DNA of 64,000 nt from an uncultured Veillonellaceae bacterium (GCA_964601085.1 CAZRLN010000003.1:28192-92191); one strand, 5' to 3'. Numbered from the stretch's first letter, positions 44,015 to 54,479 are shown. Notes: generated from the sequence alone by a model not told the origin. Translations and numbers: made by a program.

Positions 44015-45682
44015 ATGAAGACGGCGGGTTGGGCTGGATTATTCATAGCCAGTTTTTTGGTGGGACACTTTGTTGCCAACCCCTGGCTGTACCCGGTGGG
44101 AAAAATTTTGCTGTTTATTGAAATCTATATTTCTGCGTTAGCGGCATTTATTATTTTACATGAAGTTATTCCTTATATTTGGCGAACCCTAACCAAGTGC
44201 GAAGTGGATTTTCAACAGAGCACCGGCATGAAAGAACAAAACCTTTCCGGGGGGATGCGTCTTTCATTTGCCGCTGCCGGTTTGTCCTCCGCGATGGAAC
44301 GAGGAAAGGAAGAAGCAAATCAACAGCCGAAACCAATGCCTCGAATTTTGGCTGCCAGTGCCGATGGCACCGCCTCAACTGCTGCGATCTTGTTGAATGC
44401 CACTGCTACGGCGACCGGTAAGAAGGAGGAACATGGTAAAAAACCGGATCCCTCACGCAAATTGTTTTTGCTGCCACCTATTATGGTGAATCCTGAAGAA
44501 AAAACCGAACAGATCTCCGACGACACTGCGGTAGATCCTGGTAAACCAGCTGCGACGTGCGAAGCAGTGACTGAGGATAAAGCAAAGGGTGAGGCTGCAA
44601 TCGTTGTTGAAGAAATGGCCGCGGTGATTATTCTCGAAAACCGAGTGGAAACTGATTCAATAGCTGCATGCGAAGCAGTATCTGAGCCGTATGAAGTTGT
44701 TGTGCAAGAAACGCAAGAAACGTCGGCAGAGCTGGTGGACGGGTTCGAACAAGCTTTCATCGCAAGTGTAACAAATGCGCGCGAAGCGGCGGCGGGAACG
44801 ACGGAACTTTTACCAGTGGAAACCGCTGAAGAACAAGAAACCGAAGAGCTGGAATTCGAAGAAATTTTAACTCTTGTTGTTGAGGCTGATACTCCTGTGG
44901 AATTCGTTCCGATTGCAGGGATTGTTCCATTAGCACTCCTGTGCCCGGAAAGCGAATCGTTGGGGCGAGTCTTGGCGGCGGATGCGACTGGAATCACTAC
45001 GGAGATAATGGACAGTCCGGCAGAGAATCAGTTGGATGCGATTCACTCTGAAGCTGAGTATGAAGATTATGCAGCAGAGGGAATGGACTTTTCGGTCTTC
45101 GCTGAAATGATCTTACAAGGAGGCGTGGCGGATGGAAGCCTTGATCAAGTCGCTGTTGCAAATGAGAAATTTGCAGAAATCATCGAAATTGCCGAGGCTG
45201 TCGGAGTCGGAGAAAAGATTATGGCGGCGGAAGAATTTGTTGGTCCGTGCCGTGCGGAGCAGGATTCTCTCGGCAATGCATCCATGGAGCAACAATATCA
45301 GGACCTTGAGTTATTCCGAGAACAGAGCGATGAAAATTTGGCAATGGACGATACGCCTGAATCCGAATGCGAGCGCGTTTCTGTGGAAGAATCAAGTGAA
45401 AATTCAGGATTTGTTATCGACGAGACCGTGGAATTAGCTCGAACGGAAGCAATAGCCGATATATCGACCGAGAGCCTTTCTCTTGAACCTGCTGGATGTG
45501 TTGATGCGCAAACGATTGAGGCGGATCTTTCAATTCAAAATACCGGGAAAGTTGAAGAAAGATTTGTACCCATATCACACTCGTATTCCTGCCGGTTACG
45601 TTGCCAGAAACCCGGCGGATTTTTCCAAGGGCCTGTTCTTAGCTTTTATTGCAGATTTATCTGTCAGCACGGAAATTATTGA
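44015..45682 (+). CDS. Membrane-anchored, highly acidic low-complexity protein
   Basis: Two N-terminal TM helices, then ~450 aa rich in Glu/Ala/Thr/Val with loose repeats. C-terminal 40 aa look like read-through; end uncertain. Confidence 0.45.
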   Translation: MKTAGWAGLFIASFLVGHFVANPWLYPVGKILLFIEIYISALAAFIILHEVIPYIWRTLTKCEVDFQQSTGMKEQNLSGGMRLSFAAAGLSSAMERGKEEANQQPKPMPRILAASADGTASTAAILLNATATATGKKEEHGKKPDPSRKLFLLPPIMVNPEEKTEQISDDTAVDPGKPAATCEAVTEDKAKGEAAIVVEEMAAVIILENRVETDSIAACEAVSEPYEVVVQETQETSAELVDGFEQAFIASVTNAREAAAGTTELLPVETAEEQETEELEFEEILTLVVEADTPVEFVPIAGIVPLALLCPESESLGRVLAADATGITTEIMDSPAENQLDAIHSEAEYEDYAAEGMDFSVFAEMILQGGVADGSLDQVAVANEKFAEIIEIAEAVGVGEKIMAAEEFVGPCRAEQDSLGNASMEQQYQDLELFREQSDENLAMDDTPESECERVSVEESSENSGFVIDETVELARTEAIADISTESLSLEPAGCVDAQTIEADLSIQNTGKVEERFVPISHSYSCRLRCQKPGGFFQGPVLSFYCRFICQHGNY

Positions 45683-45735
45683 CCGTTTACTTATGCTTCT
45701 CCGTGGTTGTTCCGATAAAAATAATGTAAGAGTCG

Positions 45736-46254
45736 TTGAAAAAGAACGGAATAATCACAGGGAGGGAAGACTCAGATATGTTGCCATTTATTTTAGCTGC
45801 AGTCGCCGGTGGAGCACTTGTTAAAAATATGACAGATTATCCGTCTGAAATAAAAAGTTTGCGGAGACAGATTCCCAAAGAAGACCGCGGCGAATTCATA
45901 CGGGAATATAAGAATCTTCCCAATGAAACCAAAACACGGTTTAAGCAATTTTTGCGTGAAGCGAATATGGTCGAAGCAGGGAAACTTATTGGCAGGGATC
46001 TATCCGGGTATACCATGAATGCCAAGGGGAAAGTGAAAACAAAAACGGAAACACCGGCGCAGATCGCGCAGTTAACAGATCCCGCCGTCGAAACGGGTAT
46101 TAATGAACGGATCAAGAACATCCTTAATTCTTACCAGTTGGACAGTGATCCGCAGTTGGTGGCGGAAGCAGCAAAACGATATGAATCGATCTCTGGGTAC
46201 AATCAGATGAATATTGTTGACAAAACCCGTAAACTGCTGGATGTATCCCAGTAA
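45736..46254 (+). CDS. Hypothetical protein
   Basis: 172 aa, Lys-rich, no motif. Followed by terminator hairpin aaagcgcgtttggat...atccaaacgcgcttt at 46262-46300. Confidence 0.4.
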   Translation: MKKNGIITGREDSDMLPFILAAVAGGALVKNMTDYPSEIKSLRRQIPKEDRGEFIREYKNLPNETKTRFKQFLREANMVEAGKLIGRDLSGYTMNAKGKVKTKTETPAQIAQLTDPAVETGINERIKNILNSYQLDSDPQLVAEAAKRYESISGYNQMNIVDKTRKLLDVSQ

Positions 46255-46335
46255 TATCGATAAAAAAGCGCGTTTGGATTGAGCAATCCAAACGCGCTTT
46301 TTTTATCGGCGTAGCCATTTCTCCTGGCCGTTCTG

Positions 46336-46977
46336 CTAAAATCCGAGTTCCTCACCAACGACGATAACATGAAAATCAATGGCTGGTGGACGTTTATGCA
46401 GGATGCTGGTTATGTTGCAAATGCGCGTCGAACCCTGGCAGTCCATGCACATTCCGGTAATCGTACAGGGGTTGGGACGATCCAGCCGTTTGTTGTTGAT
46501 GGGTGCGGCAACTGTTTCGATGCGTTCCATGGCCGCATCCAGATCGGATACAATTTTATTCACGCCGACAATGACAATAACTTTTTTCGGCCCAAAACTC
46601 ATGGCGGCTACCCGGTTGCCTGATCCATCGGTGTTAACCAGTTGTCCATCAAGGGTGATGGCGTTGGCGCCGGACAGAAAAACATCACTCAGCAGTTCCT
46701 TGCGTCGTAACGCCAAGGATTCTTCCATGGTCAGGCCCGGAATATTGTGGTCATATACGGTATGGCCGTTTTTCGCCAGTTGTTCGGGAATTCCCAGTTC
46801 TTTCAGCGTCCATGATCCTCCGACACCAATGGTTGCACCGGCGGGAATGAGCGACAGAGCTTTTTCAATCGCTACAGTTCGGTTAACAGCGTAGTGCGCT
46901 TGGAAATTGTTCTTTTCCAACGCTTTGACAACTTTTTCACCGAAGGTATCATTGTGCCATTGGATGAACTGTTTCAT
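46336..46977 (-). CDS. LUD-domain (LutC/YkgG-like) protein
   Basis: IGVGGSWTLKELGI... lactate-utilisation-like fold. Start set at MKQFIQ, 8 nt after AGGAGG. Confidence 0.6.
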   Translation of the reverse strand: MKQFIQWHNDTFGEKVVKALEKNNFQAHYAVNRTVAIEKALSLIPAGATIGVGGSWTLKELGIPEQLAKNGHTVYDHNIPGLTMEESLALRRKELLSDVFLSGANAITLDGQLVNTDGSGNRVAAMSFGPKKVIVIVGVNKIVSDLDAAMERIETVAAPINNKRLDRPNPCTITGMCMDCQGSTRICNITSILHKRPPAIDFHVIVVGEELGF

Positions 46978-47082
46978 TGGCATGTCCTCCTCTTTAGTAT
47001 GAAGATTTTTTTGAACAAAATTTAATTGCTGGCAGTAATAAATTTGACACAAACGAAAAAAATCCTCTTCAATCCTGTGAAT

Positions 47083-48264
47083 TTACACGTCCCGGCGCAA
47101 TAGACGCCCGGGGAGCAAGGAAGAAAGCAAAAGCCCGATTAATGGCAATAGCGGCATGATGCGAAATACAGCGGGTACCCCATACAGATCGGCGATATAA
47201 CCCAACACGGTTACGCCAACGCCGCCCAAACCAATGGTCAGGCCGATTGTCAATCCTGAGGCCATCCCTTCATAACCGGGCATCATTTCCTGCGATAATA
47301 CCAAGGTGGTGGCAAAAGAAGAAATCAGGGAAAAGCCGGTAAAGACCAGAAGAATCATTGTTATCACGCCGCTGGTAAATGGAATTGCGGCGACCATTGG
47401 CAGGACAATGACCATGGAAAACGTTAAAATGGTCTTTCGTCCAAATTTGTCGGATAACATGGCACCGACAAAAGTGCCAAGAACACCGCCAATTAAAAAC
47501 AGGGACAAGAGATAGCCGGCATAAATTGGACTGCCGTTCAGATAGTTGACGTAATAGATTGGGATATAAGTGGACAATCCGGCATGGAGTGTGGAACGGA
47601 AAAAAATAAATGTCAATAGGATCAGCAGGGGGCGAAGACGAATGAATTTCGGTTTTGCGGACTCCAATTTGCCATCGCGATGAAAGGAATGGGGCGATAC
47701 CTTATCGAGAAAACGCCAGATCAATAGCGCCGTTATCGAACTAGGAATGACAAACCAGATGGAATTATACAGGCCACCCGGTAATGTTGTAAGAAACATC
47801 ATAAAGGAAGCGCCAACTGCCATCCCAAAGTTTCCGCCGACAGAAAACAAGCCCATGCTCCGACCGCGAAGAGCGTCTGAACTGACGAAATGAACGGATT
47901 TGGAAGCTTGCGGGTGAAAGCCGGCGACGCCCAGACCGCCGATAACGACCGAAAGCAGCAACGCTGTATAGGAAGTCATGAAGCCGGTGATGGACAACCC
48001 CAGACCCGAGAGGAAGATACTGATGGGAAGCAGCCAGGGCAAAGAAACTTTATCGGTTATCATGCCAAACAACGGTTGGATTATGGACGATGTTAAATTT
48101 TGAACGAGGACGATTACGCCGATTTGTGTATAGGAGAGGTCAAGTGCTGTCTTTAGCGACGGGAGAAGAACCGGCAGGGCGCCTTGGCTAAGGTCAGTGA
48201 CCATGTGGCTGAGTGACAGTAATAGTAATGGCTGTGGCAACCAAGAGGTTCGTATGTTCAGCAA
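47083..48264 (-). CDS. MFS transporter
   Basis: 12 predicted TM helices; 393 aa. Confidence 0.85.
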   Translation of the reverse strand: MLNIRTSWLPQPLLLLSLSHMVTDLSQGALPVLLPSLKTALDLSYTQIGVIVLVQNLTSSIIQPLFGMITDKVSLPWLLPISIFLSGLGLSITGFMTSYTALLLSVVIGGLGVAGFHPQASKSVHFVSSDALRGRSMGLFSVGGNFGMAVGASFMMFLTTLPGGLYNSIWFVIPSSITALLIWRFLDKVSPHSFHRDGKLESAKPKFIRLRPLLILLTFIFFRSTLHAGLSTYIPIYYVNYLNGSPIYAGYLLSLFLIGGVLGTFVGAMLSDKFGRKTILTFSMVIVLPMVAAIPFTSGVITMILLVFTGFSLISSFATTLVLSQEMMPGYEGMASGLTIGLTIGLGGVGVTVLGYIADLYGVPAVFRIMPLLPLIGLLLSSLLPGRLLRRDV

Positions 48265-48360
48265 AATCGTTGTTCCTCCAGACCATTGATGTTTTATTAT
48301 TATATCATGGCTAGGTTTGAGAATTGACTTTTATCATCGATCATATCGCGAAATTCAATG

Positions 48361-48389
48361 TGGACAGCTTGGATTTCCTATGCTATAAT
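48361..48389 (+). promoter_or_regulatory. Sigma-70-type promoter TGGACA-17-TATAAT for tRNA-Arg
   Basis: tggacagcttggatttcctatgctataat; -10 element 30 nt upstream of the tRNA. Confidence 0.45.
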
Positions 48390-48418
48390 TACTCCCGGCA
48401 ACAGACAACTTTATGAAT

Positions 48419-48493
48419 GCGCCCGTAGCTCAGGGGATAGAGCACCGGCCTCCGGAGCCGGGAGCGCAGGTTCGATTCCTGCCGGGCGCGCCA
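48419..48493 (+). tRNA. tRNA-Arg (CCG)
   Basis: GCGCCCGUAGCUCAGGGGAUAGAGC...anticodon loop CUCCGGA...UUCGAUUCC...GGGCGCGCCA. Followed by a short hairpin plus T7 terminator at 48506-48531. Confidence 0.9.
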
Positions 48494-48600
48494 ATGATTA
48501 TTCGTGCATGCGGAAGCGTGCTTTTTTTACATGTACGGAAAATGATTCTGACTGATTGAAAAAAATGCGGGAATTTTGAGGAATCTGGAGGAATCCAAGC

Positions 48601-49023
48601 ATGCTTATTGTTGTGATTGACGGCATGGGCGGCGGCATTGGCACCCAATTGGTTGCGCAACTTTGCGGTCAAGTCACTGCGGGAGCAGAGATTGTGTGTG
48701 TGGGAGCGAATGCCTGGGCTACTCAGTCAATGCTCAAAGCGGGAGCCTCTCGCGGCGCTACCGGTGAAAATGCTGTGCGGGTGACGGTTCAAACTGCCGA
48801 TATCGTGACTGGTCCGATTGGAATTATTATCCCGAATGCCCTGATGGGGGAAATTACGCCAAACATGGCGGAATCAATCGCTTCTTCTGCGGCTCGCAAG
48901 GTGTTGGTTCCGGTTAGTCAGGGGCATTTTGAAATTGTCGGAATGGACAATCGGCCGCTGGTTGCCAACATTCGCGAGGCTGCGGCCCGAATTCTGGAAA
49001 TTGTGTCGGGAATGAAAGGGTAA
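48601..49023 (+). CDS. DUF3842-like hypothetical protein
   Basis: MLIVVIDGMGGGIGTQLV... Gly-rich N-terminus; 140 aa. Confidence 0.45.
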   Translation: MLIVVIDGMGGGIGTQLVAQLCGQVTAGAEIVCVGANAWATQSMLKAGASRGATGENAVRVTVQTADIVTGPIGIIIPNALMGEITPNMAESIASSAARKVLVPVSQGHFEIVGMDNRPLVANIREAAARILEIVSGMKG

Positions 49024-49027
49024 CAGG

Positions 49028-49450
49028 ATGATTGCTGTACGTGACAAAGTCCGGTTCGTCGAAACCGATCTGATGGGGGTCGTTCATCATTCCAATTATT
49101 TGCGTTGGTTTGAGATGGCGCGTGTGGAATATCTGCGGGCGGCGAATGTATTGCTGCCGGAATTGATCGCCAGTGGAATCGTTTTTCCGATTACCGAGGT
49201 TCAATGCAAATACAGGCAACCGGCTCATTTTGACGAGATCATTCGCGTCGAAGCGAGGCTGGACGATTTTTCCCGGGCGAAGTTATGCTTCTCTTATCGC
49301 GTTCTGCGGGACGCGGATGATGTGTTGTTGGCTGAGGGGTATACTCAGAATCTTTTCACCGATACAAACGGTCGGATTATCCGGTTGCCGCAACTCTATT
49401 TTGACAGGATTAATTCCTTGCGGCAGGCTGAAGATGGAGGGGTGGCGTAG
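49028..49450 (+). CDS. YbgC/4HBT-type acyl-CoA thioesterase
   Basis: VRFVETDLMGVVHHSNYLRWFEMARVEYL is a hotdog-thioesterase signature. Confidence 0.75.
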   Translation: MIAVRDKVRFVETDLMGVVHHSNYLRWFEMARVEYLRAANVLLPELIASGIVFPITEVQCKYRQPAHFDEIIRVEARLDDFSRAKLCFSYRVLRDADDVLLAEGYTQNLFTDTNGRIIRLPQLYFDRINSLRQAEDGGVA

Positions 49451-50004
49451 TGCTGGTGTTTTTAGGTTACTTTTTAGCATTCCTGGGACTCGTAATGTTG
49501 GCCGTGGCCCTGTTTATCTGGAAACAAGGCGATGCGGATTTTCACTTCGATGTGGAGAAGCGATCAAAACTGGTTCTGGATTCGGCAACTGCCGATTCGA
49601 TGACATTTTCTTTTCGGTTGCCATTTCGTAATCGCGGTTCTCAGCAAGGAACAATGATGGATGTTTTTGCGCGTCCTTGGTTGCCGTGTGAACAGTATTC
49701 GGCGGCGGAGCTGACCACTAAGGTTACTGCTGCGTCAAGTCCGCGCGATGATGGGTACTGGGAAGCCGCTTTGTTTCCAGACGAGAAGATTGACAACGAC
49801 GTGGCGATTGTTTCCCTGCATTTCAACGCTCAGGGAAAGGATATCCGCCAAGCCATGGCTCAGATGGTCGATTTACCGCTGAATATCGTGTATCAGGTGA
49901 TTGGCCGGACCGATTGGTATATGGCAAAAGTGTTGTTGGAACTGCCGTTGGAAGAATTTCAGCAAGCAATACTGAACTCCGATGCGCAGAAGTTGGAGGC
50001 GTAA
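49450..50004 (+). CDS. Hypothetical membrane-anchored protein
   Basis: N-terminal TM helix; GTG start sharing one nucleotide with the upstream stop. Confidence 0.4.
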   Translation: MLVFLGYFLAFLGLVMLAVALFIWKQGDADFHFDVEKRSKLVLDSATADSMTFSFRLPFRNRGSQQGTMMDVFARPWLPCEQYSAAELTTKVTAASSPRDDGYWEAALFPDEKIDNDVAIVSLHFNAQGKDIRQAMAQMVDLPLNIVYQVIGRTDWYMAKVLLELPLEEFQQAILNSDAQKLEA

Positions 50005-50005
50005 A

Positions 50006-50675
50006 AGTGGGACAAGGAAAAGTTGAACTAATACCGGTAAAAACACATATCGTTACTAAAAGAGATGATATTGCGGATGTGATCGAAAAGTATGCCGGTC
50101 CGCAAATGGGACCCGACGATGTGGTTTCCGTGGCCGAAAGTGTACTGGCCATTACTCAGGGACGCTACCGGCGGCCGGAAGAAATGAATCCCAGCTTGCT
50201 GGCAATGGTCCTGAGCCGTTTCATCCATGTTGATTCTAGTTGTTCCAGCCCTTGCGGAATGCAATCCACGATGGACGAGGGCGGAACATTGCGGGTGCTC
50301 ATGGCGTTCATTGTCGGCGGAATTGCGAAAGTGTTCGGAAATTCAGGGGTGTTTTATAAATTGGCCGGTGAGCAGGCGGCGTTGATTGATGATGTCACGG
50401 GTACTATGCCGCCATTTGACAAAGTGTTGGTTTTTGGTCCCAAAGAACCGGTCAAGGTGGCGGAAAGAATCAAGATGAGAATGGGTTGCTTTGGCGCAGC
50501 GGTAGCGGATGTAAATGATTTGAAACGAGCGGCGGTGCTGGGGGTGTCCGAGGGACTCGATCCGCATGAATTATCAAGGATCCTTATTGATAACCCGTTC
50601 GGCAATGCCAATCAGCAGACACCGATCGTTATCATTAAAAATTATGCGGCGGCAGTCGCCGCAATTCGAGGATAG
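50006..50675 (+). CDS. CofE-like (F420-0:gamma-glutamyl ligase fold) protein
   Basis: GTG start 2 nt after the upstream stop; IPVKTHIVTKRDDIADVI... pattern of the CofE/FbiB N-domain family. Assignment tentative. Confidence 0.45.
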
Positions 50676-50739
50676 CGCGGCTATCCTTTTTTTGTCTATG
50701 CCGGGCATACTATTTTAGATTTTTGGGGAGGTTGGCGGA

Positions 50740-51717
50740 TTGGCTCGAATTGGCATGACAACAACCATACCGGTTGAAATCATTCTGGCGGCGGGACATG
50801 TGCCGGTAGATTTGAATAATGTGTTTATTACCGGCGCAGAGCCGGTTCGCCGGGTGGAAGCGGCGGAAGACGCCGGTTATCCCCGCAATATTTGCGGCTG
50901 GATCAAAGGGTTATATGCCACAGTGGTCGGAACGGATTGCGTGGATGCGGTCATTGCCGTGACACAGGGCGACTGCAGCAATACGCATGCACTGATGGAA
51001 ACTTGGGAGATGGCGGGGGTCCGGGTGATTCCGTTTGCTTATCCCTTCGATCGTGATCCTGACTTGTTGCGTCTACAGATGCAAAAACTGGCGGACGCTT
51101 TGGGGGCTGAATGGGGTACGGTGCTGAAGGTCAAAGAAAATACAGACCGGGTGCGCCGCAAGGTTGCGGAAATTGATCGATTGACCTGGCAGGAAAACCA
51201 GGTGAACGGAGCGGATAACCACCTGTTCCAGGTGAGCTGTAGCGACTTTAACAGTGATTTGGACCGTTTTGAAACGGATGTTGATATTTTTCTGCAAAAA
51301 GCAGCCCAAGCATCGAGCCGAAAAAAAGAACTCCGTTTAGGCTATATTGGAGTACCGCCAATCTTTACCGATTTATACTCCTATGTCGAAAGCCTTGGGG
51401 CCCGAGTGGTTTTTAATGAGGTGCAGCGTCAGTTTGCCATGCCGTATGATGAATCGGATCTTATTGAGCAATATCGTCGATATACCTATCCCTATGGTAT
51501 TTTCGGCCGACTTGAAGATATTCAGGCGGAAGTGGAACGCCGTCAGTTGGACGGAGTGATTCACTATGTCCAGAGTTTCTGTTATCGTCAGATTGAGGAC
51601 ATGATTGTGCGGAAAAAAATGAAGACGCCTATTTTGACGATCGAGGGAGACAAGCCGGGATGCATGGATGCCCGAACTCGCTTGCGCGTTGATGGGTTTA
51701 TCGAAATGTTGAAGTGA
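50740..51717 (+). CDS. 2-hydroxyacyl-CoA dehydratase-family protein (HgdB/D-component-like)
   Basis: Conserved Cys in CGWIKG, QGDCSNT and FCYRQ; ~325 aa. Confidence 0.6.
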   Translation: MARIGMTTTIPVEIILAAGHVPVDLNNVFITGAEPVRRVEAAEDAGYPRNICGWIKGLYATVVGTDCVDAVIAVTQGDCSNTHALMETWEMAGVRVIPFAYPFDRDPDLLRLQMQKLADALGAEWGTVLKVKENTDRVRRKVAEIDRLTWQENQVNGADNHLFQVSCSDFNSDLDRFETDVDIFLQKAAQASSRKKELRLGYIGVPPIFTDLYSYVESLGARVVFNEVQRQFAMPYDESDLIEQYRRYTYPYGIFGRLEDIQAEVERRQLDGVIHYVQSFCYRQIEDMIVRKKMKTPILTIEGDKPGCMDARTRLRVDGFIEMLK

Positions 51718-52496
51718 GGGGTAGTAAAGTGTTCTGCGGAATGGACTTGGGGAGTCGCGCCGTAAAAATTGTGTTGTTTGATGGGCAAGACCTTCGGGAA
51801 GAACGGGTGATCGAAACTGCCCATTTTTATAAAAAATGCGGCGAGCGCTCAAAAGAAGGATTTACCGTCGATTTTAGTTCATTGCTGTCGAAAATGCCGA
51901 CAACAATTACCGTGACGGGGTATGGACGCAATTCGCTCAACATTGTTGGCGCGGATATCATTTCCGAGCTTAAGGCCCATATGCTGGGAGCCTTGTGGCA
52001 AACCGGACTGACAGACTTTACGTTGCTCGACCTTGGCGGACAGGATAGTAAAGTGATTCGGGTCCGTGGCAGCCGGATGGATGATTTTTTATTGAATGAC
52101 AAGTGCGCGGCCAGTACCGGCCGGTATTTGGAAAATATGGCGGCTGTTTTGGGGATTTCATTGGCTGAACTAAGCCTGCATTACGATAACCCAACGGACC
52201 TTTCCGCCACATGCGCCATATTCGGTGAATCCGAACTGATTGGAAAGATCGTGGAAGGAGTACCGACTTCGGATCTTGCCGCGGGAGTGAACTATTCGAT
52301 CTTTCGCCGTATCAAGCCGATGTTGCTGTCGTTGGCGAGCGATGTGATTGTATTTACCGGTGGCGTTGCCCTTGGGCCGGCGGTAGCGCATTGGCTCAAG
52401 AAAGAAATCGGCGCTCGGGTCGTCGTACCACAACACCCGCAGTTGAATGGCGCCATTGGCTGCGCAATATACGCATGGAAACAGCAGGAGAAATAG
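51714..52496 (+). CDS. CoA-substrate-specific enzyme activase (BadF/BadG/BcrA/BcrD-type ATPase, HgdC-like)
   Basis: GMDLGSRAVKIVLFDG N-terminal acetate/sugar-kinase fold; C-terminus ends GAIGCAIYA. 4-nt overlap with the upstream gene. Confidence 0.75.
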   Translation: MRGSKVFCGMDLGSRAVKIVLFDGQDLREERVIETAHFYKKCGERSKEGFTVDFSSLLSKMPTTITVTGYGRNSLNIVGADIISELKAHMLGALWQTGLTDFTLLDLGGQDSKVIRVRGSRMDDFLLNDKCAASTGRYLENMAAVLGISLAELSLHYDNPTDLSATCAIFGESELIGKIVEGVPTSDLAAGVNYSIFRRIKPMLLSLASDVIVFTGGVALGPAVAHWLKKEIGARVVVPQHPQLNGAIGCAIYAWKQQEK

Positions 52497-52554
52497 GGGA
52501 AATAACTTTAAAATAAGTAGTCAAAGAATATAAGTTGAAGGCAGGGAATGGAAG

Positions 52555-53292
52555 ATGCAGAGAGTGGATGGACGGACCGCCGATATGTTGCGCCCGGTGA
52601 ACATGACCCGGAATTATTTGAAGTTTGCGGAAGGCTCCGTAATGATCGAGGTGGGAGATACACGAGTGTTATGCAGCGCTAGTGTGGAGGAAAAAGTGCC
52701 GCCCTTTCTTAAAGGCAGCGGCAGTGGCTGGGTGACAGCCGAGTATTCGTTGTTGCCCCGATCTACCGGCACGCGAAATCAACGGGAAGCCGCGAAAGGA
52801 AAACAGACTGGCCGGACTCATGAAATTCAGCGATTGATCGGCCGGTCGCTGCGCAGCGTGGTCGACTTATCGGCGCTCGGCGAACGAACCATTTGGATTG
52901 ATTGCGATGTGATCCAGGCGGATGGCGGGACGCGAACAGCCTCAATTACAGGAGCATTTGTAGCACTGGTGGATGCGCTGAATAAAATTGGCTTTGATGA
53001 TGCCAAGCCTTTTCCGGTTCGCGACTTTTTAGCGGCTGTGAGTGTTGGCGTGCTGCCGGACGGTCCGGCGCTTGACCTATGCTATGTCGAAGACTCTTCG
53101 GCCATTGTCGATATGAACCTGGTGATGACTGGCGCCGGAAATTTTGTGGAAGTACAGGGAACGGGAGAAAAAGCCCCTTTTAATAAACAGGAGCTGGCGG
53201 AATTGCTGCGGCTTGGGGAAAGCGGGATCGAACGTCTTATGCAGATTCAACGGGAAGCCCTGGGTTCTTTGGCGGAACGGGTTGGGAGATAG
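52555..53292 (+). CDS. rph: Ribonuclease PH
   Basis: [13 protein letters not shown]...[13 protein letters not shown]...; 245 aa. Confidence 0.9.
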   Translation: MQRVDGRTADMLRPVNMTRNYLKFAEGSVMIEVGDTRVLCSASVEEKVPPFLKGSGSGWVTAEYSLLPRSTGTRNQREAAKGKQTGRTHEIQRLIGRSLRSVVDLSALGERTIWIDCDVIQADGGTRTASITGAFVALVDALNKIGFDDAKPFPVRDFLAAVSVGVLPDGPALDLCYVEDSSAIVDMNLVMTGAGNFVEVQGTGEKAPFNKQELAELLRLGESGIERLMQIQREALGSLAERVGR

Positions 53293-53294
53293 AT

Positions 53295-53894
53295 ATGCAG
53301 AGGATTGTGGTGGGAAGTCGGAATGCTGGAAAAATCCGTGAGATTCAGGCGGTATTGGCCGATCTACCCTATGAAATAGTGGGGTTGCCGGATGAGGGGG
53401 TTTCTGACGCTGAAGAAACAGGGGAAACGTTTCAGGAAAATGCGGTGATCAAAGCCAGATATTATTGTCAGCATACCGGCGAATATTGTCTGGCGGATGA
53501 TTCGGGTCTTGAGGTCGATGCTTTGCAGGGAGCGCCTGGAGTATATTCAGCGCGCTTTGCCGGCGCACACGCCAGCGATTCGGAGAATAACCGAAAACTC
53601 TTGGAAGAGTTGGCGGAGGTTCCGGGAAATCAGCGAACGGCAAGATTCCGGAGTGTATTGGCGCTAGTCGGCCCGGACGGAAACGTATTGTTGTCGGAAG
53701 GCGTGTGCGAAGGGATTATTTTGTTTGAACCCCGTGGAAGCGGTGGCTTTGGCTATGATCCTTTATTTTTTGTGACAGGGCAGGGTAAAACGATGGCGGA
53801 GATGAAATTGGAAGAGAAAAATCAAATCAGTCATCGTGGCAATGCGCTTCGAGCTTTTAAAGAAAAACTGCTTCAGGAAAGCAACCGGAGTTAA
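53295..53894 (+). CDS. rdgB: Non-canonical purine NTP pyrophosphatase (dITP/XTP, Ham1/RdgB)
   Basis: IVVGSRNAGKIREI...FGYDPLF motifs. Confidence 0.9.
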   Translation: MQRIVVGSRNAGKIREIQAVLADLPYEIVGLPDEGVSDAEETGETFQENAVIKARYYCQHTGEYCLADDSGLEVDALQGAPGVYSARFAGAHASDSENNRKLLEELAEVPGNQRTARFRSVLALVGPDGNVLLSEGVCEGIILFEPRGSGGFGYDPLFFVTGQGKTMAEMKLEEKNQISHRGNALRAFKEKLLQESNRS

Positions 53895-53899
53895 TTACT

Positions 53900-54391
53900 A
53901 TGCGGATCGGGATCATGGGAGATACCCATGGTGATGTTTTCTCAATGCAACAAGCCGTTGCGGTGGCAGGGCCGGTGGAATTCTGGCTCCATACCGGTGA
54001 CTTTTACCGGGATAGTTTGTTGCTGGCGGCTATTGCTTCTGTCCCGGTTACAGCGGTGGCGGGAAACTGCGACGGGCGAGCGGAGGCAAAACCGGACGAA
54101 TTTATTGAAGTTGCCGGGTTTCGATTGTGGTTGACTCATGGTCATCGATACGGAGTAAAGAATGATTTGTCAGAGCTCAGGGAGTGGGCGTTGCTCTACG
54201 AAGCGGATGTGGTTGTTTTTGGACATACCCACCAGCCCTTCGTTGGGAATGAGTCGGGGTTGCTGTTTTTCAATCCCGGTAGCCCAGCTATGCCAAGACG
54301 TGGTCGGTCTAGGACTTGTGGCGTTTTGGAGTTAATTTCGGAGCGATCAGGCCAAATTGAATTTATCCCCCGCTTAATTAGCATATGCTGA
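53900..54391 (+). CDS. YfcE/MJ0936-type metallophosphoesterase
   Basis: MRIGIMGDTHGD...GHTHQP motifs. Confidence 0.8.
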   Translation: MRIGIMGDTHGDVFSMQQAVAVAGPVEFWLHTGDFYRDSLLLAAIASVPVTAVAGNCDGRAEAKPDEFIEVAGFRLWLTHGHRYGVKNDLSELREWALLYEADVVVFGHTHQPFVGNESGLLFFNPGSPAMPRRGRSRTCGVLELISERSGQIEFIPRLISIC

Positions 54392-54479
54392 AGGAGTTTA
54401 TTTGCCGATGTAGAATATGTTAAATTGACGTTTGATGTGTAATTGCGACAAATCAAACGAATATGATGAAGGCTGGGGG

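Noticed and set aside
45483-45824. 113-aa ORF overlapping the end of the acidic protein gene
   Set aside because: Overlaps 44015-45682 in another frame. Kept only as a hint of a possible indel, not as a gene.
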